DNA of 64,000 bases, taken from positions 6,264,001 to 6,328,000 of the forward strand of contig CM052818.1 in assembly GCA_028534125.1 (NCBI GenBank), in the 5' to 3' direction. The notes under the pieces were generated by a model, which searched no databases, was not told the origin of the DNA, and worked only from the letters and a program-made list of their open reading frames with translations. The number at the start of each line of letters is the position of its first letter. Within the stretch, counting starts at the first letter, position 1. Below, in pieces: positions 25,026-37,575 of the stretch. A program made the position numbers and the translations under genes. Source of the stretch: Lama glama. Its lineage: Eukaryota.

Positions 25026-26983
25026 AACATGGTGCCACACCTTGGTTTCTCCGTTTCGGGAAGTCTTTCCTACCACTCTGCTTTCCGGTCTTGCAATGTC
25101 TTTGAGGTTTTGAGATATTACAATCCCTCTGTGTTAATTATTATCATACAAAAGGTAGTTTCTTCAGGGAAGGCTGAAAACACATTACCTGTCATGACTA
25201 AGACTACACTGCTTTCATCTTCCCCACACCAGAGAAGAAGAGCAAAACCACTCACTCAGCCCATAAGATGGCAGGCAAAGGAGGAACTTAGCTGGCTTTC
25301 CAAATCAAATTGTTTATATGCTCCAGGGTTATAAAGTATAACTGAGCTGCTGCAGGCGTGTGCTTTATACCTAGGAAATGATCATTCTCCTAGGCCTAAG
25401 CACAGAACAGATTTCAGTGAAGGAATGGAAATGTTTCCCCGGAAAATTCCCCAGCACGGCAACAGCAATGATGCGATCATTTATTTTTCACATTCAGAAG
25501 CGCAGAATTTCAGTGCTTCCCCAAAGCAGGCCTCTGCGGGTCCCAGAAATAAAGAATATATATAACCCTAAAATGGAGACTAAATGCAGCTCAAAAAAAT
25601 GGAAGAAGAGAGGAGCAGAGTAACATTTTTCTACTTACCGAGCCAAAAATAACACTATCCCATTCTGTTCAATTTACAGTCTAGTTAAGGTTTGCTTTGG
25701 TCCTTACTCTATCTGACCCAATACATTCGTCCTCACTATAGCGCCCACCTCAGACTCGCTCTGGCCAGAGTCCAGTCAAGATATTTCATAACTTAAAAGT
25801 GTGATAGGCTCTTGATGACAGCACATATTTTCCCCCATCTGCACTAAATTCAAACCATTCTTCACAGCCCTATCAGACACGAGCAGAGTCACTTGTAGCC
25901 AGTAGGTGTCCTTTGATTGTATTTTTAGAATAGCCTATGAATAAAATAGAGTTGGATTACCCAAAGAAAGCTGGTAACCAAATATGACAGTCTGAAATAA
26001 CAAGGAGAATTCTAACATTTTATCTGGAGAGTAGCCTCCCCCAATGCCGTTGGAAGTTATGGGTTATATTCAGATTCCTGATTTCAGATAACCCAAGAGA
26101 GTTGCCATAGGTGTCAAAAGCTACTGGAAAGCAACACAAAAGTACAGTGACGCTCACAGTGAAGGAGCAAGCATGTGTGTGCGTGACTGTGCATGTACAA
26201 AGACAGACAGACACACACACACACACATACACACACACAAAAGACCAGGAGAGGAGGCTTCAGTGTAAGGAAAACTTTGTGTAAGTCTCCTGCCATGCAA
26301 TCCTCTTTCCCTAAATTTCAGCCTTTTCTCTAAAGCCCAAACTTCCTCCACTGTTATCTTTAGATATTTAATTAATTTGCACCCAGGTCCCCAGAACTCT
26401 GATTCCATAACTTGCATCTGAGCCTGGCCCCAGAGAATCAAATACATATTCACACTCTCAGAAGCTGGAGATCTTACCATATTTAACAAGAAGCAACTCT
26501 GACAGTAATTGGAGTTTCATATCAAGGTAAATAAATGGTAAGATCATAAGAACATACTCCAGTGGCCCTGTGCATCCTGGAAATGCTAACATCAGAGAGC
26601 AAATTTAACATAAGGCCTCGGTGGAGATGAATTTTCTATAAACAAACAATGTGAAGAAAGCCTCACTTTTGTCATGTGTTATTCCCATTGAAGAAAAGAT
26701 GAATATTCTGTTTCATATGTTTGTTACCAGAAGCTGCCGCTTCATTTATTTAATAGGAAGATTTTCACTTCCTCACCAGGCGGACCAAGTTATCATCATA
26801 TGTTGGTCAGCAGTGGACAAGCAATCTTACCCAGCAGTGTCTTTTATGCAAATTGTGCAAATTGTTAAATGTACTGTGATGTTAACGCTTCAAGTGAGTC
26901 GGTTTAAAGGTAGCTCATCTTTTTCTTTTACCCACATGGAATGAAGCAGCTTCTTCCAGGACTAGGATGCTTTCTCTAAGACG

Positions 26984-27765
26984 GACTTTTCAATCTCAGC
27001 ACTATCAATGTGTGGGGTTAAATAATATTTGCTGTAGGAGCTGTGGCAGGCAGAGTAATGGTCTCACAAAGATGTTCACATCCTCGTCCCTGTAAATCAT
27101 TATGTGACACAGCAAATGAGAATGAAAGTCTACAGATAAAATTAAGCCTGCTGATCAGTCGACCTTAAAATGGGGACATTACCTTGGATTATCTGCGTGG
27201 GTCCAATGTAACCACGGGAGCCCTTAAAAGTGAAAGAGGGAAGCAAAACATCTGGTCCAGAGAGATGTGATGATGGAAGAGGCATGAGAGATTTGAAACT
27301 CAAAAGAGGCTTGACTGGCTATTGCTGACTTTGAATCCAGGGGAGGGGACCAAAAGCCAAAAGATGCAGACAATATCTAGAAGCTGGGAAAGGCAAAGGA
27401 GTGATTTCCCCCTAGAGCATCCAGGGAGGAACGGAGCCCTGCTGCCACCGTGATGTGAGCCCTGGGAGCCACACGGAAGACCTCGGACCCACGGAGCTGT
27501 AAGATAAAAAAATTGTGCTGTGGTAATAATAGAGTTAGCCGTCAAATTTGTTAACATGTTATGGCAGCCCTTGTATTAAAAATAATAATAGTAATAATAA
27601 TACAGAGGTAGTCTTGTGCATTGCAGGATGTTTAGCCGCATCTGTGGCCTCCACCTGCTACCTGCCAGTGAGGCCCTCCCCCAAGTTATTACAATCAAAA
27701 ATGTCTCTAGACATTGCCAAATATCTCCCAGGGGTCAAAATCATCCCTGCCCTGGAACTGCCAGA
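26984..27765 (+). mobile_element. MER20 MITE interrupted by an MLT1 LTR
   Basis: Left part TTCAATCTCAGCACTATCAATG... (26984-27041). Right part TTGTGCATTGCAGGATGTTTAGC...AAAAATGTCTCTAGACATTGCCAAAT (27605-27765). Confidence 0.8.
27042..27604 (+). mobile_element. MaLR solo LTR (MLT1D/E-type)
   Basis: TGTGGCAGGCAGAGTAATGG...GGATTATCTGCGTGGGTCCAATGTAA...CTAGAAGCTGGGAAAGGCAA...TAATACA. Confidence 0.85.
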
Positions 27766-30527
27766 TCGATTTATTTCTAGAATAACACTGTCTTCTCACT
27801 ATTGGGGCATAAATACATATTCAGCCTCTAACTTTGGGTCCAAGTCGTTTCAATATTCCAGTATAAGGAAAAAAAGGTATTTTTTTTAATTTTAAAACAA
27901 AATAAAAAGTATCCCATGACTCATGATTGCACTAGGAAAAAAAAAAAAGCAACCCCACTCTATAGGAAGCAAATAAGAAGGTGTGAAAGATACAGGTCAA
28001 TGCCAGACCCATGTAGGGAGTTGGCCCGTTACCAATAATGATTTAAAAAAAAAAAAAGCAACAGTGATGAAAATAACCATGGGCCTTATAGCTATTGCTG
28101 CATTTACTCTTCAGAACCATCAGTATCCCCACTGTGAGCCACAACTTGGGCGTGCTGGGACACTGCTGCTGTCGTCTGTGAGTGACCACGGCTGACACTT
28201 CAGCAGTGGAAATGCTGTGAACTTTCATTCAGGGACAGATATAGAGAGCAGAGGTTCTTCTGAGGAAGGAGGCCTAGCCCAGTGCCTGTGTGTACCGGGT
28301 GTTCTAGAAATGTTTGGAGGGTTGACTGGCAAGCCATGAGGCCCCCAGAAAAAAAGCACCAGAAAGCAGCACTCTGTCTCAGTCTGTTCAAATCCTAAGA
28401 CCCTCCCCATTTCACTGGCTGTTCACAGCCACTGCTGATGGAAACAAACACACACAGATCTTAGGGAAAATTTTAAATAATTAAGTATCCAAACTCATGG
28501 TGATTCCTTAAATAAAGCCAGGGCCATTCTCTACCTCTCCCACCAGAAACCTACAGTTCTTGGTTACTGTCTTCTCTGAATGCAACACCAGCAACTTTTA
28601 AATGCTCTGTGTCACGGGGAAGTGCAAGCAGGACATCTGGAGGAAGTCTCCATCCCCATCTGTTCCCTGACACTGAACAGCCCGTAACTTCCTAGGCTAC
28701 CTATTCCTTTGGTTTTCCGTTATCACTCTCTCAATGTTGAACAAGTGATTTAGTGAAGACTTAGTCTGGAACTTGGATGCAATCCCACTTGCTCTGGGAG
28801 CTTCCTAGAATATAGAGCAGCCATCAGCATTGCTAGGCACCACCCTCTTGCATGGCCAAGCAGCCGTGCTCATGTTAGGACCAGTTCTGTTCTGGGTTCT
28901 CTTAGCACATGACCCATCTCCCTGGAGCCACCTCATTAAAGCGTTAGCCACTAGACGAATTGCAAATTCTGAGTCTGGCTAATGTTGCCTTGTAGAAATG
29001 GCTGTTAAGATCCTATGTGTCTTGTATTTGTGGGAGATTCAGACAGGGACTGCACAGGTGCACTGGGGGAGGCAGGGAGACAAAGCAACATCAAGGGCCG
29101 CCAGCAACCCTTCCCGCAATGGACAATAACTCTGTCACATCCGCGTTATCCATGAAGTCCCGTTCTGCTAACATGGATTTTTCTTCTTTTCCAGCTCTGC
29201 AATATCTGGCTCACTTAACTATCATATTAAACGTAAGAAATCAATGCTAGACCCTTTGCCTTTACAGAGTCCGATGTCAGGAATATTTCTTGCTGCTTTA
29301 CCTGAATTTCTCTTTCCTCTGCTTTTTAATTTTTTTTTTAATCTTACTCCAGGCGATAATCAGCCTCAGGGTAAGGAGACAGAAATGCAAGACTGCATCA
29401 GAAAACACCATTTGGATTATATTTTATTGATGTCGTGCTAACAGCACCCCCCAAGATGGAAGGTAGTTATTTAAATTGGTCGTATGATGAAGCTGTTTAT
29501 CACCTTACACTGAGCTAGAGATGCAGGGCAAAAATTCTAACATCCAGTCAGTGATTAGGGAGAATAAAATGCAACGTGTCACACCTGAACAACACCACCT
29601 ACACTGCTCCTGGGATGACAGGCCCCACCAGACACCCCTTTCAGTGGCTGGGAAGCCAGTCTGCCACATCGTCTCAGTGCTGTTTCAGCGAGACCAGGAG
29701 TGGCTGGTCAGCAGGAGTTCTGCTTCGGGCATCAAAATGGCAGGAAGGAAATGCACGGGAGGTGGAGCATAAAACCACGCTAAGCAGAACATCGTCAAAT
29801 TGGGCTGTTAGGTAGTTCTCACCATGGGATCTTTTCAAGCCGGGCTAACTAGCCCCTGAGTGGATCCCACAGAGGTCCTTGCTGTAGTTCATCTGGGGTA
29901 GAGAGAAGAGACGAGAAAAAGAAAGAGCCTGAGGCAAGTTTTTTGTCCCCATTTTAAAGGAAGAAATCCAAACCAATGCCAAGGACAGAGTGTTTATTAT
30001 TTTCATTCCCTAAAAATGTCTGGTCAGTTCTTCAGGGGAAATTTATTCAACAAACATTTATTTAGTACTTCCCACGTGAAAATAAAGGCTCTGGCAAAAA
30101 AAAATAAATAAATAAAACTTAAAAATGTGTAATATGTAAGGCATGAGTCCTTTTTTGATGTAGGTAGATGTTTACATAAGTAACTACAATACAGTTCGGA
30201 ATTAACCGCTTGCCACATGCAGGTAAGGTATAACCAAATGCTCCCATGCCACCCACCATGATGGAAGGATCAGGGAAGGTTGCACATTATTTGAGCTGAG
30301 CCTTTTAGTCTGACAGTGGCTGTAACAGATGAAGAGGACATGGGAGGGCACTCCAAGCTGGGAGCGCAGCCGAAAGCAAAGGCTCAGCTGCATGGGTGTG
30401 CGAAGCACATCTGGGAAGCAGGCAGTGCTCCCTGCAGACTGGAAGCAAAAAGCTGAAGTGGAAAATGAAGCCCCCTGATGTATATTTCAAACAACTAGCT
30501 TAAACTGTGCCCGCACATAGTGGTGGG

Positions 30528-31087
30528 TGTGGCCAACACACCCATAAGTGACCCCCAATGAGTCACACCCTTGTAGAGTCCTCTCTCCTCAAGTTTGATG
30601 GAACCTGTCACTTGCTTCTAACCAACAGAATATGTCACAAGGGACAGGATGCAACTCCCTTGATTAGGTCACAAGGTGTTACTCCCATGATCATGTGCTT
30701 CTAACTATAAGACTGTATCTTAGCAGACAGGAGAGAGAGGCTCCCTTGCTGGCTTAGAAGAAGTAAACTGCCTTATTATGAGATGGTCATATAATCAGCA
30801 GTCTGTAGCAGCTGAACAGTACCTCCAGCCAACAGCCAGCAAGAAAAAGGCAGGATGACTTTCACCAAGAGAGGGAACATGCAAGTAGATCTTTCCCCAG
30901 TCAAGCCCGGAGCAGACCACAGCCCTAGCTGATACCTGTATTACCCGTATTATAGCCTAGGAAGCCTTGAGAATCTAGATAAGCCTTGCCTGGAATCCTG
31001 GCCGATGGAAACTGTGAAGTACGTGGGCATCTTTTTAAAGCCACTATGTTTGTGGTAGTTTGTGATCCAGCCAAGAAAACTAATACA
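30528..31087 (+). mobile_element. MaLR solo LTR (MLT1E/F-type)
   Basis: TGTGG start, CTTGCTTCTAACCAACAGAATATG, and end TAAAGCCACTATGTTTGTGGTAGTTTGTG...AAACTAATACA. Confidence 0.8.
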
Positions 31088-31689
31088 CTGAGTTAAATAA
31101 ATACTGAAAAGGACTGACACTCAAGACCAGAGCCAGGGGAGCCCTTGAATATTGTACTAGAGAACTGAATCCCTTTGGAAGAGCAATCATTCGTATTTGC
31201 CCAATGCCCTGTTCTGTTTTTGACAATTACAGACATCTGATTAAATGAACTAACACATGTAGAGTGTGCAGCACGGTGCCTGGAATGTAATGAATGCCAT
31301 GAGTGTTAACCATTATCATCGCTGCTATTATCGTTATTATTTCTTGATACAAGGAAATTTCCTCAAGAGAAATAAGGTGCTGTTCAAGACAAAAGCTCAC
31401 GTAAGGAACACTATTCCCCTTAGGTCTTAAGCTTCAGGACCTTTGAGAATCTGAACATACTAACCACCACTGGGGAAACTGCACATACTCACACATAGAC
31501 GACATTCTGCCTAGAACCAACGTTCTAAAAGTACGTGGAGCATGTGGCGCTCCAAGGCAAGTGTGTGAGTCTCCTGAAGGCCCCAGAAAATGGTACCGGT
31601 AGGACCTCTGACTCTACCCCCAGCTCAGACACACAGACTTTGCTACTGTCTTCTTTGGCCAGTGCCAGTTTAAAGTGCCACTCAGAACT

Positions 31690-32000
31690 GCCCCGAAGGG
31701 GTGTTGTTTCCAAGGTGGAGAGCATTCTCACCTCCAGCTCTTTTGAGTGGTGGGCGATACCCCATACCTTCAGATCGCTTAGTGAGAAGACCCTCAGCAC
31801 ACTCGCACTCCGAAGCCAGCCACAGAAAGTTCTCCCGGGGCTTCCCACACACCTTATGCGCAGTACACGGAATCCCGGGAAGCGGCATCGGCGTCCCCCT
31901 GGCTCCACCCTTCTCACAAAGCACTGCTGTCTCTCGACTCTCGACTCTCGATGTGGGCGGCGCATGAGAAACGAAGGGATTGGTCCAATCTCATGAGCGT
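31690..32000 (-). promoter_or_regulatory. Small CpG-rich, promoter-like element with candidate minus-strand first exon
   Basis: About 19 CpGs counted in ~310 bp of otherwise CpG-poor DNA. Back-to-back CCAAT boxes (31978-31990), GC box (31955-31960), two NRF1-like GCGCAT cores, and minus-strand donors AAG|GTATGG (31768) and GAG|GTGAGA (31732). Confidence 0.5.
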
Positions 32001-34489
32001 CCACCATCCACAGCACAGACAGCTGTGGTCAAATTGCCCACCCTACACTGAACTGTTCCATATAACTAGTCCAGACATAAACGCAGGCTTCAGAGACTGA
32101 CTGATTCAGTTTCTCTGCTTTAAAATAACAACTGTGTTTTCTTAGGTCTGCGAGGCATTCCAAAATTAAGCTGATATTTTAGCTTCCTGCCTGGGAAAAA
32201 ATTTTTAAATGGACATGGAAATGTAATGAATAATATGTGGACCAATGAATAAAACATAATGTGCGTGGAATTGGTGAAAAGTGAATCTCATGCTTACATC
32301 AACACATTCCACTGAGTTGTTCTGAAATATATATTTATGTGTGTGTGTATGTGTAGCATGTATGTGTATAGATTACATTCACACAGTGGGTTTAAATTAA
32401 TCAAATTTGCAATCATTTTTAATTAAATCCACATCTTTCCTGTTCCCCCAGCTGTTGGCCCGGTGTTTATGTGGAATACATCTGGCAGCCCTCAGCATTC
32501 TTCACAGTCACCCGTCCTCTCAGTCCCCAGATACACCTGCTTTCTGCAGCTGGCCCCCCAACAGGTGCAACGGAAAGCCTGGTTGATGGGCATTATAAAC
32601 ACCCCTGCTGCTGAGCATCTGGGAGGTAACAAAGGGCCCAATTCCAACTTCAATGTTCCTTCTCCAGCAGAAGTGAAAAACACCCTGTGTGATCTCAACA
32701 CACTGGAGTCCCCATCAGTCACTTTCCCACTCCAAGAAGAAACGCTTCAGGTCAACAGGGCGTTAACAGCTGTGCCACCTTCTGGGTTATTAACGAAGAT
32801 CTCCACAGGGAGCTTAGCCTTGGTCATTCTTGGTTTGTCTGAGCCTCCCAGCCCGCAGCCAGTGGCCTGGATGCTCTATCTCCATTTGTCCTAATGAGCG
32901 AGGCACGGATTTCCTCATGGTCCTCCAGTTTGTAACCATTAACCACCTGGTTTTGATTGGGGAGCCCACAGACCAATGCTTCCCACAGTACTTCCAAATG
33001 AAAAACACGTGGCAGCAACACATACTGTGAGAATTACCATTCTGCAATTCCTTGTTGATAGAGCAGTAGGTATTTCAAAGCAAGAAAAATTCAGAATAAT
33101 GTGCAGGGTCTTTTTGTTTTGTTCTGTTGTGTGTTGGTTCTTATTATCCCAAACCCTGAAGTTTGGAAAGGGGTTCAGATTATTTTTCCTGTGGTGATCT
33201 GAAAAATACCTCGTCCTATACTGAAAGCATCCATGCAATTAGGCCAGATATAAATACAGGCTCTAAAACTGTGCTCCGTGGCACCCAGGTTAATGGACTA
33301 ATGCAATAAAGCAATACGTTACAATAAGGAATTTCAATACAATTAAAACCATAAAGCTAATGATGATCTGTTTCAAATGAAGCTCTAGATGAAAATAAAG
33401 CACTAAAAGTCACTTGTTCATTAAACAGTTTTGGTTCCACTTGCAGAAGTTCACAGAGGGCATTAGTCATCTAAAGTGTAAGATGCACTGGAAATAAAAT
33501 ACATAAAAATCGCCTCCATCCTGCTATTTATTTTGACACTCTTGCCTCCATGCGGACAGACTACTCCCCACATGCCTGTAAGGCACAGTTCAACGACCAC
33601 TCCATTTGAATCTTCTTGTAGCTTTTTTATGCACATTTCAAGCTAGTCTGTACAGCCCAGGAATTAAGCTGGTCACCTGAGACACAGGTAAGACTGGGCC
33701 AGGATCCCAGACTACCATTAGCTGCAGTGATGCCTTCCACTTGCTTGGAAGAGTTATTGCATCACACTGAGATCCGCAGAGGACCCTACTTATCCCCAGG
33801 TAGTTCTTGCTGCCCTGGGGGAGTCTAGTCCTTGCAGGAAATGACTATTCTGTTTCAGCTTCTTGATTCTTTATTGTGTAGATAAAGACCCTCCTGGCCT
33901 TCTCCTGGCTTTCTTCCTCTCAAAACTTCTAATATTGCTGAAAACAGGAGACAGACTCTGGGCATGACTATACTATCCAACAAAACACATGAGGGTGTTG
34001 TCCAAAATAGCAGGAGCTAGAAGCTCCCGGATCTGTGTGCTGTATGTCTAAAGGCAGTGCTCCCAGGTAGAGGAAAATGGTGCCCTGCACTCTCAGTGCC
34101 GGCCGCCTGTGCGGTGTGTGCCCAGAGGACGGGTCTCTGGGCACTGAAGGCCAAAAGAGACAACCACATCCAATTGGAACTTTCAGCAGAACACATCCAC
34201 TGGCAGGTGAAAGCTCTCTGTGTGGTTTTCCTTACATGAAATGGTTCATAACTCCTGCCTCTTGTAGATATTATCCACCTAAAACCTTAATGCTTTGGCA
34301 AGCAAGTTGTGCTGGGTGGAAAATGCTGCTTGTCTCTTTTCCTTGGTGTGTTGTGATTCTAAGACTAAGACAAAGAAGCCACCAGAATCTGATTCATCCA
34401 CCTTGCCAGCGCGGTTGAGGGTAAGAAGTCTAGAATGCAAGAACAGCTTCCACGCTACCTCAGTCTCCCAGGTCTACCCCTGTGCCAGG

Positions 34490-34945
34490 TATCCTCCCCT
34501 GTGACTCCAGCTGCCTTTTCCACCCTTCCCCCCTCACCTCTGTGCACCAAGAGGCTGACATATGTGGGCTACCCCAGGGGGTCCCTGGCTGTCTGGCTTT
34601 TAGCTGATTTGGGCCCACGGGAAACACCAGGAGGTGGAGAATGAAAGTCAAGGAGTTCCTGCCACTCCTTCCCGCAGGCGACCTCAGGTTGGCTGTGTTC
34701 CTCTGCTGGGCCTCAGCTCCCATCAGCCAGCCCTCTCCACGAGCTGCCGTTCCGTCCTTCCATACTGCTCCCCTGTTGCCCCTCAGACCGCCGGGTGGAA
34801 ACCACTCCACACTGCGACTTCCCCAGAGGACTGCACTCCCTCCAGTTGGCTGGCTCCCTGTAACTCTACTTTCACCTTTGTGACCCACTTTGTGAACTCC
34901 TAGTTTGAAGTCATTTATTTCTTGCCAGGATCCTGACTGTCACAA
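34490..34945. mobile_element. ERVL LTR16-like solo LTR
   Basis: TCTGTGCACCAAGAGGCTGAC...CTGGCTTTTAGCTGATTTGGGCC...TTTCTTGCCAGGATCCTGACTG resembles recalled LTR16. Confidence 0.6.
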
Positions 34946-35499
34946 TCAAATTCATACCTAAAAACAAATGGCTAACCCAGTACAACCTAGATTTGGAGAA
35001 CCTAAAAATTTTCTTACCTAACAGTAAGTAGTATAGAAACAGAATGTTACAGGACAGACATGCAAGCCATAGGAGCCACGGCCCACTTCCTCACCCCTTC
35101 AACAAGACCTGCTGGCTTCATGTGCCAGGCCCTGATTTCAGAGGACATGACGCTACCCCAGCTCTTAGGGATACCCTAGAAGGCATCCTCAGGGACCTCC
35201 CTGCTACAAATGTTATGTGGGTGTTTCTTAGTACAATTGCTCAATGCAAGGCAAAACTCAGTAAATTAACATGTGCTGCAGAAGATGGTAGAGCAGCTGG
35301 CAGGTTTAACAGTAGCATCACATTTATATATCTATTGTTCTCAGAGTTGGTTATAAATCAGAATCGCGTGCGAGCTTTCTAAAACCACAGATGACTCACC
35401 TCCACCCTCAGACAGTGCTGAGGCACTTTGATGGTTCTCACGCATTATGTCTGGGGTGGCGCAATGCTGCTGGTCTCTGCACCACGCTTTGATTAGGAA

Positions 35500-35910
35500 G
35501 GTATAGGTGCCATAGTGTATTTAACCAATTCCTATTGTTGAATATTTAAATTCTTTTTAATATTTTACTATTATAAACAACAATGCAATAGACATCTTTG
35601 GACATAAATGTTAGCACAAATTTCTGAATAATTTATATTTGTAAAAGGGAAATCACTGAGTCAAAAAGGATGTGAATGCTAAGTTCTTAATATGTATTGC
35701 TAAACTGATTTCTACAATGTTTATGTCAATTTACATTTCAAACAGTGATGTCTACAAATGTATTTCGCTGTCTCCTTATCAATAATGAAGAATATATTCT
35801 TGCCAATTTGATAATCAGAAATGGTATCTCATTTCAAGTTGCATTTCTTTATTAATGAAGTTGAATTTTTGTATGTTATTAATCATTTACATTTATTCTC
35901 CTGTAAACAG
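35500..35910 (-). mobile_element. Ancient L1 (L1ME-type) fragment
   Basis: TTAACCAATTCCTATTGTTGAATATTT...TTGCCAATTTGATA...AATGGTATCTCATT...TTGCATTTCTTT. Confidence 0.75.
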
Positions 35911-36801
35911 CCTATGGACCAGTCTTAAATGACTCCCTTGTCAAATGTTTCAACCTAGGTCTATCACTGATTTTTTCCCCCTTTATATGAGTCTGCCATT
36001 CCATCCAATTTTATAATTGAAGTAGTAGGGGAAAATAAAAGCTTCTTAAAAGAAATTCAGTTTATTGCTAAGTTGTGAAAACATAGCCTGTACTGACTTC
36101 AAGGAAGCGCCTTCTCTGAGGCTGCAGAGATTCTACCATAAAATTGGAGCTGCATACTTTTTCTTTGCCATAACATTTGAGTGTTCCAACTTGTAGCAGG
36201 GAAAGTTAACTTTATATTCCACTCCTTGAGCAATGGCCATTTGCTAGGCAGTTTTTAAATTTAAAAAGGAAGAAAGGAAAGGAAAAGAAATAAAGATAAA
36301 ACTTTCATCCATGTTTCTCTAAACCAGAGTACAACAGCTACATAATCCACAGTGACGTCACAAACACTGACACTACCGTCCATATCTATGAAAGGCTGCA
36401 GTCGTGGAAATGCTTCAAAACACAGTAAGAATTTCATACTGTTAAGGCAAAAGAGTGTATTTGCAACATGATATAACTGAGACTTAAATCATCCATAACA
36501 AATGTGAACTGTGAACCCAATACTGCCCACTATTGCAAGTTAAATCAAGAATTTAAGCTCTTCCTATGTTATATACATTTATATATATATATGTATATAT
36601 ATCTCCCACCATATACTCCAAGAAAAATATGACTTGATCTATGCCATTGACTAGCTTAGAATCATTCTACACAAACCCATGATTTTTAAGATTAACTTTT
36701 GAGGGTAATGTCATATATAGTCAGTAACAACATAATTGAAATAATCTCTTTGGAAAGCTATTTTTAATACATATCAAATCCTTTAAATTGCTTATATTTT
36801 T

Positions 36802-36961
36802 GCCTTTTTTAAAAATAATTTTTTTCTTTTTTTTTTGGAGGGAGTGGCAATTAGGTTTATTTATTTTTATTTATTTTTTTTTTAATGGAGGTACTGGAGA
36901 TTGAACACAGGACCTTGTGTATACTAAGCACTCACTCTACCACTGAGCTATACCCCCAACC
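36802..36961 (-). mobile_element. Camelid Vic-1-type SINE inserted in an old + strand L1ME fragment (~36740-37260)
   Basis: Reverse head CTCTACCACTGAGCTATACCCCC and T-rich tail. TSD core AATTGCTTAT at 36786-36795 and 36962-36971. Confidence 0.9.
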
Positions 36962-37575
36962 AATTGCTTATGCTTTTACATTAGTAACTACACTTCTGAG
37001 AATTTATCTAGAAAATCCCTAAATATAGGAAGAGCTTTATGCACAAATATGTCCACAGAGGTAACAGGTATATAATGAAAGAATGTCAATTTAAATGCAG
37101 TCTACAAGTTTGTTCATTCAGAATGATCACCACTATGCAAAGTAAAAAGCCAAGCATGGTGGGGGGAGGGAAGCAAAATGTTAACAGGGGTTATTTATGC
37201 CTTTTACTTTTATATATTTTTCCAAATTTCCTATAATAAATATTAATCATTATAATAATAAGGATGAAGGCTTTGCTTTTAAAATGAATAAAGGCATATG
37301 TTGCCGGTATTGTCGCTGTTTGTTTTGGTTTTGCTCACTTGGGGCATTGCCTGAATTGAAAAGGGGAGACATTACAGAGGGACCCTGAGAAGCCAGAAGT
37401 CTCCTCCAGCTTGAGCCCTCAGGGAAGGGATATATAATGTATCTTCATTTGCCTCTGTGGTGCCCCCCCCCCTTTAATCTAATAATTACCCTGCCCATGT
37501 GGTTTCTCTGTGAGTGTCATCTGAAGGAAAGCATTTAGGGCCTCAAAAATCCATTTATCTGCATATCCTCTACAT

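Noticed and set aside
31525..32016. Overlapping 153-aa (+) and 163-aa (-) ORFs as a protein-coding gene
   Set aside because: No recognisable domain, non-ATG starts, and open frames on both strands as expected for GC-rich DNA.
36353..36360. Perfect CRE palindrome TGACGTCA
   Set aside because: A single 8-mer without supporting context is not enough to call a regulatory element.
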